A DNA stretch of 20,000 bases from IMG/VR virus record IMGVR_UViG_2758568038_000001. One strand, written 5' to 3'. The DNA comes from an uncultured virus (IMG/VR IMGVR_UViG_2758568038_000001) (lineage: Duplodnaviria > Heunggongvirae > Uroviricota > Caudoviricetes). Of this stretch, positions 8,225-15,762 are shown piece after piece. The first letter of the stretch is position 1, and every line of letters begins with the position of its first letter. Both the position numbers and the translations under genes were made by a program. The notes under the pieces are model-generated. The model was not told the origin of the DNA, made no database searches, and saw only the letters and a program-made list of their open reading frames with translations.

Positions 8225-8519
8225 AGCAATCAAGACCCTGTCCAAAGCTGAACTCAAGGACGCCAAGACCAACCTCAAGGCCGCCCTGGGCGTCGTGAAC
8301 GCCGAGCACGGCAAGTTCGTGTCGGACCACAAGGCTGCGGAGAAGGCCCTGGCAGCCGCCAAGAAGGAAGCCGACAAGGCCATCGCCGTCGCACAGAAGG
8401 CCGTGGACGCTGCCGGTAAGAAGCTGGAAAAGGCCACTGCCGCTGCCGACAAGGGCCGCGCCAAGATCAACGCCCAGCTGGCCGCCCTCGAGCCTGCGGC
8501 CGAAGCCGCAACTGCCTGA
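8217..8519 (+). CDS. Ala/Lys-rich coiled-coil or histone-like protein
   Basis: SD AAGGAG, strong A/K compositional bias, followed by a terminator. Confidence 0.8.
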   Translation: MAKAIKTLSKAELKDAKTNLKAALGVVNAEHGKFVSDHKAAEKALAAAKKEADKAIAVAQKAVDAAGKKLEKATAAADKGRAKINAQLAALEPAAEAATA

Positions 8520-8541
8520 TTCGGTACTTCGCAGTGCCCTT

Positions 8542-8569
8542 CCCTGCGCCGAAAGGCGCAGGGTTTTTT
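8542..8569 (+). terminator. Rho-independent terminator
   Basis: CCCTGCGCC-GAAA-GGCGCAGGG followed by TTTTTT. Confidence 0.9.
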
Positions 8570-8596
8570 ACACCTAGATGATTGGACCGCGCAGAC

Positions 8597-9175
8597 ATGA
8601 AGCACATCATGATTGATTTGGAGACACTCGGCACCCGCGCGGATGCCGTGATTCTCAGCCTCGGTGCCGTGAAGTTCGACCTGACTTCCGGCAAGATCGA
8701 CGACCAGGGCTTCTACGCATCGATTTCCATCGACAGCAACCAGGAACTCGGCCGTCATATTCAGGAAGACACGCTGCTGTGGTGGCTCAAGCAAGACATT
8801 GCTGCCCAGTCTGTGTTCCATGAAGACAAGACCACCCTGCCGCAGGCACTCGAAGATTTCAGCGACTGGGTCGGCACTGACGACTACGAAGTCTGGAGTA
8901 ACGGCGCTGACTTCGACATCCCCATGCTGGCCCACGCATATGCGCAGATCCAGATGGAAATCCCCTGGAAGTTCTGGGCCAGCAACTGCTTCCGCACCTA
9001 CAAGAAACTGCCCGGGGCCAAAGCCCTTGCCCAAACCGTTCCGTCCGCCGGCGTGAAGCACAACGCCCTGGCCGACGCTGTCCATCAGGCCCAGGTCCTG
9101 CACGCCATCCACACGGGTATCTTCGGCAAGGCCGCTGCAACCAACAACCCCTTCAAACCGAAAGCAAAGACATGA
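8597..9175 (+). CDS. DEDDh 3'-5' exonuclease (Rv2179c/RNase T-like)
   Basis: MIDLETLG, WSNGADFD, CFRT and HNALADA motifs. Confidence 0.85.
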   Translation: MKHIMIDLETLGTRADAVILSLGAVKFDLTSGKIDDQGFYASISIDSNQELGRHIQEDTLLWWLKQDIAAQSVFHEDKTTLPQALEDFSDWVGTDDYEVWSNGADFDIPMLAHAYAQIQMEIPWKFWASNCFRTYKKLPGAKALAQTVPSAGVKHNALADAVHQAQVLHAIHTGIFGKAAATNNPFKPKAKT

Positions 9176-9669
9176 GCGCACTCGACACCCAGATTGGCGG
9201 CAACCACTACAAAAACATGCCCATCCAACCGATGCAGTACAGCATGGCGAATGAGCTGGACGCATGCCAGCACACCATCATCAAGTACGTGACCCGCTTC
9301 CGTGAGAAGGGCGGCATCCAGGATCTGGAAAAGGCCAAGCACGTCATCGACATGCTGATCGAGTTTGAGCAGAACGGAGTGAAGCCGGCCCCCGCCCAAA
9401 AACCGTTCGACTTCGACGCGAAGCTGAATGAAACGCTGAAGGACAGCGCAGAAGCAGCAAACACCAAGAAGCCCCTCGACTTCGGCGCGATGCTGCGTGA
9501 CGCGATCGAAGCGGCCGAAGCGGCTGAAGCCGCCAAGGCGGCCATGCCAGCCGGGCCTTACGACTGCCCCTGCGCCGCATGTACGCTGCGCCGCAAACTG
9601 AGCGCCATGTTCCCTGATGCTGAGATCGACGTCACGTTCCTGTCGGAAGACACTGGGCGCGCTGACTGA
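9172..9669 (+). CDS. DUF3310 (T7 gp1.7/SaV-like) protein with C-terminal extension
   Basis: QIGGNHY..IQP..IIKYVTR..KGGIQDLEKA motif. Confidence 0.8.
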   Translation: MSALDTQIGGNHYKNMPIQPMQYSMANELDACQHTIIKYVTRFREKGGIQDLEKAKHVIDMLIEFEQNGVKPAPAQKPFDFDAKLNETLKDSAEAANTKKPLDFGAMLRDAIEAAEAAEAAKAAMPAGPYDCPCAACTLRRKLSAMFPDAEIDVTFLSEDTGRAD

Positions 9670-10088
9670 TGCCCAAAGGACCCGAGAACACCTTCATCAG
9701 CAGTGTGCACAAGCACCTGCCTGCCGGGCTTTACCGCATGAAAAACCACAACGCCTATGTCGGCGGCATCGCCGATGTCTGGTACAGCGGTGTGCGCGAC
9801 CTCTGGGTCGAATACAAATTCATCGTGGTGCCCAAGCGCCCAGACACCGCCATCGACCTCCTCACCGGAAAGAACCCGGCGATCTCGTACCTGCAGCAAG
9901 AATGGCTGCGCTCACGGCACGGGGAGGGTCGCTCTGTCGGCGTGATCGTCGGGTCCAAGGACGGCGGGGTCTGGCTCCCAGGTACATCCTGGGACCAGCC
10001 CTTCGCCACAAAAGATTTTCTTCGGCATCTCATGTCGAGGAAAGAGTTGGCTGACACAATACTGAAAGAAGTCCATCATCATGGATGA
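9669..10088 (+). CDS. VRR-NUC-like nuclease / putative Holliday junction resolvase
   Basis: PE..F, GIADV, WVEYK and SYLQQEWL pattern of the PD-(D/E)XK fold. Confidence 0.7.
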   Translation: MPKGPENTFISSVHKHLPAGLYRMKNHNAYVGGIADVWYSGVRDLWVEYKFIVVPKRPDTAIDLLTGKNPAISYLQQEWLRSRHGEGRSVGVIVGSKDGGVWLPGTSWDQPFATKDFLRHLMSRKELADTILKEVHHHG

Positions 10089-10302
10089 GAACTTTGTGGA
10101 GCAGGCCGAACGGCTTGCAGAATCCGAGGTTCAGGCCGGAATCGCCCGCGCCCGGATCAAAGACACCCCACCGCCGGATTTCGACGGTGACTGCGCATGC
10201 GGGGAAGCCATACCGCCCGAACGGGTCGGCCTTGGCTACCATCGCTGCATCCGCTGCCAGACCCTACTCGAACGAAGAGGAGGCGTCGGCAAATCAAGAT
10301 AG
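10081..10302 (+). CDS. TraR/DksA C4-type zinc-finger protein
   Basis: N-terminal helix followed by CACGEAIPPER...RCIRCQ, 73 aa, the size of TraR. Confidence 0.8.
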   Translation: MDENFVEQAERLAESEVQAGIARARIKDTPPPDFDGDCACGEAIPPERVGLGYHRCIRCQTLLERRGGVGKSR

Positions 10303-10317
10303 AGGAGTGAATAAACC

Positions 10318-10713
10318 ATGACCCCTGAAGGCCACAACGAGCTTCTACCCGCCATCGAGGCGGTGCTAAGAACCGCTACCGAGCCGCTAGATTGTAACCA
10401 GCTGTTTGACATGCAGTCGATCAGGGCCGTCGCCCCGTCGGCCAATCGCGTCTCGGATTACCTGGGCATCCTCTTTCGCAAGGGGAAAGTCAGTCGGGTG
10501 GCCAACGAACGCAGCGACACCGTCGCCGGTCGTGCCCGCTGGGCCTACGTCTGGAAGAACAAGGAGTTGCCGGCATGGAAGCACCCCAAAGAGGTCATCG
10601 ACTACAAGCCCAAGGCGATCCTCGACCGCCCGAGTATCTACATCACGGAGGACGGAGACAACATCAACATCGAGTTGCCTCACCTGTCCATCGTGATAAA
10701 GAAAAAGAACTAG
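10318..10713 (+). CDS. Hypothetical protein, possible winged-helix DNA-binding protein
   Basis: SD GAGGAG; helical N-terminus with VSDYLGILFRKGKVSR, resembling a wHTH recognition helix and wing. Confidence 0.65.
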   Translation: MTPEGHNELLPAIEAVLRTATEPLDCNQLFDMQSIRAVAPSANRVSDYLGILFRKGKVSRVANERSDTVAGRARWAYVWKNKELPAWKHPKEVIDYKPKAILDRPSIYITEDGDNINIELPHLSIVIKKKN

Positions 10714-10719
10714 TCGACG

Positions 10720-10742
10720 GCCCGCTTCGGCGGGCTTTCTTC
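10720..10742 (+). terminator. Rho-independent terminator
   Basis: GCCCGC-TTCG-GCGGGC (cUUCGg loop) followed by TTTCTT. Confidence 0.8.
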
Positions 10743-10752
10743 GGACCAAAAA

Positions 10753-10771
10753 TCTTTCATCTATGTTCGAT
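10753..10771 (+). promoter_or_regulatory. Repeated motif copy 3, TCTTTCATCTATGTTCGAT
   Basis: Directly after a terminator, at the head of the 10763-15703 gene block; matches copies 1 and 2. Confidence 0.5.
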
Positions 10772-11023
10772 CTTCTAACGAACCAAGAGTCGGCCCACGC
10801 GGCGGCTCTCGGCTGGAACCTGTGCCCTGTCTATGACATGGACAAGGCCCGCTGGGCGCTAGAAGCCCTGCCGACGGACCACCCCGCGTCGAGCGCTGTC
10901 GCCGCGCAGGCCCGTATCTACAACCTGGCCCTCAGTGGTGATGCCGTGGCGGTCAAGACGCTGCAGCTCATCGTGCGCTCCCACCAACCTGCCCCACCCG
11001 CCAAGAAAGCCCGCAAGAAATGA
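10763..11023 (+). CDS. Small hypothetical protein
   Basis: Fills the gap and has an ATGA overlap with the ligase; start codon uncertain. Confidence 0.65.
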   Translation: MFDLLTNQESAHAAALGWNLCPVYDMDKARWALEALPTDHPASSAVAAQARIYNLALSGDAVAVKTLQLIVRSHQPAPPAKKARKK

Positions 11024-11970
11024 CCATCAAGCCCCAGCTCGCCGAAGACGCAATCCTCGACCAAGTCAAGTTCCCCTGCATCGTGCAACCCAAGATCGAC
11101 GGCGTACGTGCCTTGAATCTTCGGGGCACGCTCACGGGGCGCAGCCTCAAAGAGTTCGATGGCTTCGGCATCACCGAACGTTTCAGCGGCGACCAATACC
11201 TGGGGCTGGACGGCGAGATGATTCTGGGCTCCAAACCAAACTGCACCGATCGCCTGTGCAGCCTGACCACGGGCGCGATGGGTCGGTTCAAGGGCGTGGA
11301 CGCCATGCCCGACCTGCAGTGGAACGTGTTTGACCTGGTGCTCAGCGTGACGGTAAACCTCCCTTACGAAGAACGCTACCGGCTCCTGGCCCGGCATGTC
11401 GACCAGCTGCACGACGAGCGCGTCAAGCTCGTGCCGATGTACGTGGTGGACAACACCAAGCACCTCGAACACAACATCAGCGAGTTCTTCGCTGCGGGCT
11501 ACGAAGGCACCATCATCCGCAACCCAAACGCGCCCTACAAGTCTGGCCGGGCCACGCAGAAGGGCCAGGAACTGTGGCGCGTCAAGCCCTGGGCCGACGC
11601 TGAGATCCTCGTCACCGGCGTGAGCGAGGGCGAGGTCAATACCAATGAAGCCAAGACCAACGCGCTGGGCCGCACCGAGCGCTCGTCGGCCAAGGCTGGC
11701 ATGGTGAACAACGGCCAGATTGGCTCGATCCAGGGCGTGCTGCTGGCCGACTTCCACGACCCCTTCACCGGCAAGCTGCTGTTTGCCAAGGGCCTGCCAA
11801 TCACCGTGGGCAGCGGCGAGATGACCGTGAATGAGGCCGAGTATTACTTCAAGAACCAGAAGGAAATCATCGGCCACGTCGTCAAGTTCAAGCACATGAC
11901 ACACGGCGTCAAAGACTTACCGCGGTTCCCGACCTACATGTCCCATCGCCTGCCGCAAGACATGTCATGA
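11020..11970 (+). CDS. ATP-dependent DNA ligase
   Basis: Motif I QPKIDGVR, LDGE, VFD, YEGTIIR, RVKP and a C-terminal OB fold ending in PRFP. Confidence 0.92.
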   Translation: MTIKPQLAEDAILDQVKFPCIVQPKIDGVRALNLRGTLTGRSLKEFDGFGITERFSGDQYLGLDGEMILGSKPNCTDRLCSLTTGAMGRFKGVDAMPDLQWNVFDLVLSVTVNLPYEERYRLLARHVDQLHDERVKLVPMYVVDNTKHLEHNISEFFAAGYEGTIIRNPNAPYKSGRATQKGQELWRVKPWADAEILVTGVSEGEVNTNEAKTNALGRTERSSAKAGMVNNGQIGSIQGVLLADFHDPFTGKLLFAKGLPITVGSGEMTVNEAEYYFKNQKEIIGHVVKFKHMTHGVKDLPRFPTYMSHRLPQDMS

Positions 11971-12179
11971 AGCACTGCAGGACCATCATCAAGCGGCTCA
12001 AGGACGAGATCCCCGGACTGCAGATCGCGCTCCTGCGCCAACGCACACACCAGGTCTACGAGCTGCGGCTCGGCGACAAAGTACGCCACCTCACCATGAG
12101 CGTGTCGCCCAAGAACTACGACCGCGCCATTGAGCTGACGGTCAAGGCAGCAAAGCAACTGCTGAATTCAGCCAGATGA
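11967..12179 (+). CDS. Small basic protein, possibly HicA-like fold
   Basis: Coupled at both ends (ATGA); alpha-beta-beta-beta-alpha pattern with RTHQVY and SVSPKNYDRA. Confidence 0.6.
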   Translation: MKHCRTIIKRLKDEIPGLQIALLRQRTHQVYELRLGDKVRHLTMSVSPKNYDRAIELTVKAAKQLLNSAR

Positions 12180-12394
12180 ACGAATTGCCATACATCGCCG
12201 GTGACGCTGTCTACCGGTACCCGGCGGCGGGTGATGAGCCCGCCGTACCCGGCGCCAAGAGTCTCATCCTCACCCAAGGTGGCGTTTGCGTCATCGGAAC
12301 GTGGGGCGATGACGCCGTTGCCTGGGCGCCCCTGCCCAGGCGCAACCACACCAAAGAGGAACAGATCCGTGCTCTCCAACATTCAGCTTCTTGA
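12176..12394 (+). CDS. Small phage protein (DUF551-like C-terminus)
   Basis: ATGA overlap; GTW..VAWAPLP motif. Confidence 0.7.
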   Translation: MNELPYIAGDAVYRYPAAGDEPAVPGAKSLILTQGGVCVIGTWGDDAVAWAPLPRRNHTKEEQIRALQHSAS

Positions 12395-13046
12395 GCAGCT
12401 TGCGCTGCAGCACAAGATGAACGCCACTGTGAACCCTGACTGGGTGCGCGCCAAATACAACTGGACCCGGGCCGTCATGGTCGAGGCCGTCGAAGCCCTC
12501 GACCACCTTGGCTGGAAGTGGTGGAAGGCCAAGCCCGTTGCGGATGAGAGCCAGTTCCGGCTGGAGCTGGTGGACATCTGGCACTTCATCCTGTCCAACG
12601 AACTGGTCCACACCGAAGGCGATCCGCACGAAGCGGCGGCAAACCTGCGCGCCGCATCCCGCCAGCCTACCTACGCCATCACGGCGTCGGCCGGCACGGT
12701 GGACCTGCGCGAGCTTGCCGCCCGCGACTTGCTGCACGTCCTGATCGGGGCCGCTGCCTTTGGCGACGTCCACCTGACAGCATTCACCCTGCTGCTGGCC
12801 CGCGCAGACATGACCTGGGATGACCTGCACAAGAGCTACATCGCCAAGAACGTCCTGAACCTGTTCCGCCAGGCGCACGGCTACAAGGACGGCAGCTACA
12901 TCAAGGAATGGGACGGCCGCGAGGACAACGAGGTCCTGTCCGAGATGGTCGCCCTCGACCCCCAGCTCACCCCCGACGAACTCATGGCCCGCCTGCGCGC
13001 CGTGTACGTCCAATTCCAGCCCGCCATCCAGGAAGCATCCGCATGA
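12369..13046 (+). CDS. Dimeric all-alpha dUTPase (dUTPase_2 family)
   Basis: LQHKMN, VEAVEALDHLGWKWWK, LELVDIWHF, YIAKNVLNLFRQAHGYKDGSYIKEWDGREDNE. Start placed at GTG 12369 after SD AGAGGA. Confidence 0.9.
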   Translation: MLSNIQLLEQLALQHKMNATVNPDWVRAKYNWTRAVMVEAVEALDHLGWKWWKAKPVADESQFRLELVDIWHFILSNELVHTEGDPHEAAANLRAASRQPTYAITASAGTVDLRELAARDLLHVLIGAAAFGDVHLTAFTLLLARADMTWDDLHKSYIAKNVLNLFRQAHGYKDGSYIKEWDGREDNEVLSEMVALDPQLTPDELMARLRAVYVQFQPAIQEASA

Positions 13047-13252
13047 AGCTCTACAAGATTGCTGCCACAGGCAACCCCGGCTCTACCACCCCCGACACTG
13101 AGACCCACTGGGTCGGTTCACAGGCCGACGCGGCCTCGCGCCGCAAACAGCTCAACGCTGACGGCTTCAAGCGCGCGGACATCGAGACCCACGAAGTCGA
13201 CGTCCCGACTGACAAGGCGGGCCTGCTGGCCTGGCTGAACGCGAACGTGTAA
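13043..13252 (+). CDS. Small hypothetical protein (69 aa)
   Basis: ATGA overlap with the dUTPase stop and TAATG overlap with Xis. Confidence 0.75.
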   Translation: MKLYKIAATGNPGSTTPDTETHWVGSQADAASRRKQLNADGFKRADIETHEVDVPTDKAGLLAWLNANV

Positions 13253-13590
13253 TGACCGCACCGCGCTCGCTTGGCCTCATCGAGGCCGCCGCCCTGCTGC
13301 GTGTTCACAAGAACACGCTGGCAGCGCGTGCGCGAGCGCGGGTCATTCCCGGCGCAAAGATTGGTAAAGAGTGGGCTTTCCTGGAGGCCGACCTGGTGGC
13401 CTACATGCGGGCCCAGTACCAGGAGCCCCTATGCCCCTCTATAAGCAAGCTGGAACCGACATCTGGTCGGTCAACATTTCCGTCCCGGGTCACCCACGGG
13501 TACGTCGATCAACTGGAACGGCTGATCGCCTCGAAGCGCAGCGCATCCACGACGAGATCAAAGCGGGCCTCTGGTCTGCCCCCAAGCTGA
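13252..13590 (+). CDS. Excisionase-like HTH_17 protein
   Basis: EAAALLRVHKNTL..IPGAKIGKEWAF motif, immediately upstream of and overlapping the integrase. Confidence 0.85.
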   Translation: MTAPRSLGLIEAAALLRVHKNTLAARARARVIPGAKIGKEWAFLEADLVAYMRAQYQEPLCPSISKLEPTSGRSTFPSRVTHGYVDQLERLIASKRSASTTRSKRASGLPPS

Positions 13591-14414
13591 AAGGCAAGAC
13601 CTGGGGCGACGCCGTCGTCCACTGGTGCAAGCTGGCGGATCGCTCCGAATCTGATCTGCTGAGCCTGGCCAAGTTCGGCCGCAACTACAAGGACCGCGCG
13701 CTGCAGGACGTGACCCGCGAGAGCATCGTCGCCGCGCTGGCCTTCTGCCGCACACCCGCCACGTTCAACCGCTACCGCAATACTATCGCGGCCATCCTGC
13801 ATGCGGCCCAAGCCGAGGGCTGGCTGCGCGACGTGCCCAAGCTGCCGGTGCGCGACGTGCAGGCAAAGCCCCGCGAGTGGATCACCCCGGAGCAGTGGGG
13901 CAAGCTGTATGTGCAGCTGCCCCAGCACCAGCGAATGATGGCCACCTTCGCCATCGAGACCGGGCTTCGGCAGGCCAACGTCCTGGGCCTGACCTGGGAC
14001 CGCGTGAGCATTGAGCGCGCTGTGGTCTGGATCGAGGCCCCGGACATGAAGGCCCGCCACGCCCTGGGCATCCCGCTCAACGACCGCGCCATTGAGGTGC
14101 TGAAGGCCGAGCTGGGCAAGCACGAGGTCTGGGTGTTCACGTTCCGTGGCAAGCCCATCAAAGAGATCAAGACGGCCTTTCAAGCGGCGTGCGTGCGCGC
14201 CGGGGTGGGCCAGACCGTCGATGGCCTGTACCAGGGCTTTACCTGGCACGGCCTTCGGCACACCTGGGCCACCTGGCACCTGCAGAACGGCACACCCCGT
14301 GACGTACTGCAGAAGCTGGGCGGCTGGGAAGACGAGCGCATGGTCCAGAACTATGCGCACCACTCGCCGGGCTACCTGGCGCAATTTGCTAACAACGTGA
14401 GGAAGAAATCATGA
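13431..14414 (+). CDS. int: Tyrosine recombinase (phage integrase)
   Basis: SD AGGAG before ATG 13431; catalytic R (TGLR), K (DMKA), HGLRH, W (LGGW) and Y (NYAH). Confidence 0.93.
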   Translation: MPLYKQAGTDIWSVNISVPGHPRVRRSTGTADRLEAQRIHDEIKAGLWSAPKLKGKTWGDAVVHWCKLADRSESDLLSLAKFGRNYKDRALQDVTRESIVAALAFCRTPATFNRYRNTIAAILHAAQAEGWLRDVPKLPVRDVQAKPREWITPEQWGKLYVQLPQHQRMMATFAIETGLRQANVLGLTWDRVSIERAVVWIEAPDMKARHALGIPLNDRAIEVLKAELGKHEVWVFTFRGKPIKEIKTAFQAACVRAGVGQTVDGLYQGFTWHGLRHTWATWHLQNGTPRDVLQKLGGWEDERMVQNYAHHSPGYLAQFANNVRKKS

Positions 14415-14623
14415 GCTTCAAACCATCTGTGAGCACCGACGGCGGCCAGACGTTCCACCAGAACGCTCTGGCCTTCGCCACGGAAGCCGAAGCCCTGGCC
14501 AATGCCAAGGACCTGTTCAACCGCTGGCTGTCCTGCACGGACTGCCGCGCCGTGGAGAGCGACGAGCCGGTGAACTACACGCTCAAGGACGGCGTGCTGG
14601 AGAGCGTCGGGGTGACGACATGA
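14411..14623 (+). CDS. Small hypothetical protein
   Basis: ATGA overlaps at both ends; NALAFATEAEA motif. Confidence 0.75.
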   Translation: MSFKPSVSTDGGQTFHQNALAFATEAEALANAKDLFNRWLSCTDCRAVESDEPVNYTLKDGVLESVGVTT

Positions 14624-14853
14624 CCGATACCAAAATCGACCTCCCGCCTGACGGCGTCTGCCCCTGCGGCAGCCACGACCTGGTGCTCGCCAGAGACCAG
14701 ATCGAGTACACGCCCGTCTCGAAAGAAGGCGGTGCCTGGGACTACGGCGCGAGCTACGCAGAGCAGATGTACAGCGATGATCCCATGGGCAACGTGCGCC
14801 TGTTCTGCACAGCGTGCGGGCAGTATTTCAACGTGCCGGAGGAGCTGGAATGA
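14620..14853 (+). CDS. Small zinc-ribbon-like protein
   Basis: CPCGS and CTACG pairs; ATGA overlaps. Confidence 0.75.
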   Translation: MTDTKIDLPPDGVCPCGSHDLVLARDQIEYTPVSKEGGAWDYGASYAEQMYSDDPMGNVRLFCTACGQYFNVPEELE

Positions 14854-15218
14854 AAACCACCGACCAACTCTACGAAGAGCTCCGCGCCGTGATCGACAAC
14901 GGCAGCGAGTCGATGACCCACGAGGATGCGCTCGAACATGTGCGTGCGCTGCAGGCGGCCACGGAGGTTGTACATGGCCGGTACACCGTCCTGGTGCTGC
15001 GCCCGGACTGGATTGCTGACCCATACGGCCAGGACACCTACATGGCGCACGTCATGGCGGGCAGCGTTGAAACGGCCCAGATCGCCGCGCAGCGCGAAGC
15101 GTATCAATGCGACGCCTCTCCAGACGACGAGGGTTACGGCGACCCAGACTTCTGGTCCGACTACTTCGTGCTGGCGGTGTTCGAGGGGCACCTCAGCGAC
15201 AAGCGGGTGACGGAATGA
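14850..15218 (+). CDS. Acidic hypothetical protein
   Basis: SD GGAGGAG; ATGA overlaps at both ends. Confidence 0.75.
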   Translation: MKTTDQLYEELRAVIDNGSESMTHEDALEHVRALQAATEVVHGRYTVLVLRPDWIADPYGQDTYMAHVMAGSVETAQIAAQREAYQCDASPDDEGYGDPDFWSDYFVLAVFEGHLSDKRVTE

Positions 15219-15703
15219 GCGCTCTGACACTCGAGCGCGCCCGAGAGCTGCTTTGCTATGACCCAACCACAGGGCTGTTGACTTGGAAGGTCAGGGCCGG
15301 CCCTCGCGCCCTGCAAGGCGGCGTCGCGGGGTACCTCGACAAGAAGGGCTACGTCTACGTAGGGCTGGACGGCAAGTATTACTTTGGGCATCGGGTGGCT
15401 TGGCTGCTGCACTTCGGCCGGTGGCCTGCGGGGCAGGTCGACCACTGGGATGAAGTAAAGAGCAACAACCGTATATCCAACCTCCGCGAAGTGACCTCGG
15501 TCGAGAATATGCACAACCAGCGCCAAGCCAGGAAACACAACCGGCTCGGGCTGCGTGGTGTCTCGAAGAACCACACCAAGTTCCAGGCTGAGATCCTCGC
15601 CGACGGAAAGCGTATCTACCTCGGGGTGTTCGACACACCCCTCGAAGCGCACGCGGCATATCTCGCCGCCAAGAAACAGTACCACCCGACCAGCGCACGC
15701 TGA
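15215..15703 (+). CDS. Free-standing HNH endonuclease with C-terminal AP2-like domain
   Basis: YDPTTG.LTW, HRVAW, VDHWDEVKSNNRISNLRE, then LRGVS..FQAEI..RIYLGVFDTPLEAHAAY. Confidence 0.9.
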   Translation: MSALTLERARELLCYDPTTGLLTWKVRAGPRALQGGVAGYLDKKGYVYVGLDGKYYFGHRVAWLLHFGRWPAGQVDHWDEVKSNNRISNLREVTSVENMHNQRQARKHNRLGLRGVSKNHTKFQAEILADGKRIYLGVFDTPLEAHAAYLAAKKQYHPTSAR

Positions 15704-15720
15704 TTGAGCCAACCACCAAG

Positions 15721-15750
15721 AAACCCGCCACTCGGCGGGTTTTCTGCTTT
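15721..15750 (+). terminator. Rho-independent terminator, possibly bidirectional
   Basis: AAACCCGCC-ACTC-GGCGGGTTT with a T-rich tail and an A-rich 5' side. Confidence 0.8.
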
Positions 15751-15762
15751 CTGGACCTACAA

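Noticed and set aside
8564..8583. Partial reverse-orientation matches to the repeated motif (TAGATGA here, AAGATAGA near 10296)
   Set aside because: Too short and degenerate to count as motif copies without a statistical scan.
8183..9265. 360-aa minus-strand ORF
   Set aside because: Spans several well-supported plus-strand genes and a terminator; shadow ORF.
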